Assembly: GCF_001194135.2 (NCBI RefSeq) | Contig: NC_069000.1 | Location: 6,784,633-6,848,632, forward strand | Reading direction: 5' to 3' | DNA length: 64,000 nucleotides | Source: Octopus bimaculoides | Lineage: Eukaryota | Shown here: in pieces, positions 62,436 through 64,000 of the stretch | How the letters are laid out: each line of letters opens with the position of its first letter | How positions within the stretch are numbered: position 1 is the first letter of the stretch | Notes under the pieces: generated by a model | Told to the model about the DNA's origin: nothing | The model's database searches: none | Seen by the model: the letters and a program-made list of their open reading frames with translations, nothing else | Position numbers and translations under genes: made by a program

Positions 62436-64000
62436 TAATATGAAAATATTACCTTACTTGGAAAGGGTGAAGGTTGGTGTTAGGAAGAGCATCTAGTTGT
62501 AGAAAATCTTTCTCTCCAGACTTTTGTCCAACTCCTGCAAGCATGGATAAGTGAGCATTAAAAATGATGTGGTTCACACTACAGTAGTCATCAATTGATA
62601 ACCATTTCATTGACCTTCTTTTATGAAGTAACAAACACAGGTACACAGGTCTTTTGTCACTTCACATACTTCATGTTAGTGATAAACATAACAATGTAAA
62701 ATGATTATGAATATTCATTAGTCTTGTATTTATATCTACAACAACATTGTACGGCAGATTTTCGGCTAGCTTTCTAAAACTCTGTTTGTATGTCAAGGTT
62801 GTGAATTTTCTGGGGAAAAGAAAAAGTTTTCTAGACTTATATGTGACAGGTATCAAGAGTTTGATTAGGAAACCTTCATTTTAGACAAGTTTCACAGAAA
62901 TATGTTAATATATGAATTCACAGCATATCATCTCTGTAATTAGTAATTATCTTTACTTAGTGTCAAAACTGTTCATCATCATCATATGTCCAGTTTTCCT
63001 AACTGGCATGGGTTGGACAGTTTGACCAGAGCTGCACTAGGTTCCAGTCTGATTTGGCTTTGTTTCTACGGCTGGATGATCTAACTAACACCAATCACTT
63101 TACAGAGTGTGCTGGGTGCTTTTTGTGTGGTACCGACATGGGTGCTTTTCACATAGCATTATTATTTTAAGATTTGGCTGCTATTTTTAGTGCTGAAATA
63201 ATCCTTTATTGGTCCATAAGTGTTACATCTATGTCTCCTCTCCTATAGGTACCATGTCCCTGCTTGTAGTTGCTGTGGTGTTTATAGCTACTGCCTCATT
63301 CCTAAAGTTGCTGTATATGTACCATGGCACTGTATTCCTTAGAACAGAACTGATAACCTCATAGAAAACTAAGTCAAGAGGTTCTCATTAATAATTAGTT
63401 AAGTAATAGTTAATGTATTAATTTATCTAAAATTAGATCATATTTGTATATCATTACTAACAGCTGCTGTACATTGATCAGTGAATATCTTATATTTTCA
63501 TTTTTTGTTTTTTGTTAATTGTTAATGAAATTTTGTTTTAGCAAATAATCTGAATATATTTTGTAAAATTGAAGTTGTAGCTAATTTAACGTTTAAGTGT
63601 TGTTGCTATTTCTGAGGATGGGGGCATAAGTTTAATAAACATGAAAGAGTTAACGTCTTTCTGCAAGATGGTAAACATTGCTTTGTACATAAGCAGAGTT
63701 GATTCTGTCACGAATTAGATATATGAGGAGGAGCAATTATAAATACCACATTTAATGTTTGTTTGTCGTCATTTAACATCTGTCTTCCTTGCTGACATGG
63801 GTTGGACGACAGCTTGACAAGATCTGGTGAGCCACAGAACTGCATCAAGTTCCGATGTCAGTTTTGGCATGGTTTTTATGGTTGGATATTCTTCTTAATG
63901 CTAATCACTTTATAGTGTATACTGGGTGATTTTTTGTTTCTTTTGTGGGGTGGGTGAGTGTTTGGACATCAGCACTAGTGAGGTTGCCAAGTAACCTGCA

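Overview
AT-rich eukaryotic genomic DNA packed with microsatellites and SINEs. The repeat landscape suggests a coleoid cephalopod such as Octopus; this is inference, not a database result. The supplied six-frame ORF track is mostly microsatellite or SINE noise, so I assembled genes by hand from GT-AG boundaries and reading-frame phase. Four spliced protein-coding genes result. (1) A class IIb histone deacetylase on the minus strand: 19 phase-consistent coding exons at 189-19581 plus a tentative start exon, running off the window start. It has an intact first deacetylase domain and a degenerate second domain (HDAC10-like architecture), but HDAC6-CD1-like specificity residues. (2) CHTF8 on the plus strand: 3 exons, 122 aa, complete, head-to-head with the HDAC across a gap of about 155 bp containing tandem E-boxes. 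(3) The mitochondrial carnitine/acylcarnitine carrier SLC25A20 on the minus strand: 9 exons, 299 aa, complete. (4) The first three coding exons of USP15/USP4 on the plus strand (DUSP domain). Introns hold several tRNA-derived SINE families, piggyBac-like and hAT-like MITEs, a tRNA-Asp-derived pseudogene, minisatellites, three strong inverted-repeat hairpins and a 541-N assembly gap. No CRISPR, rRNA or prokaryotic features are present.
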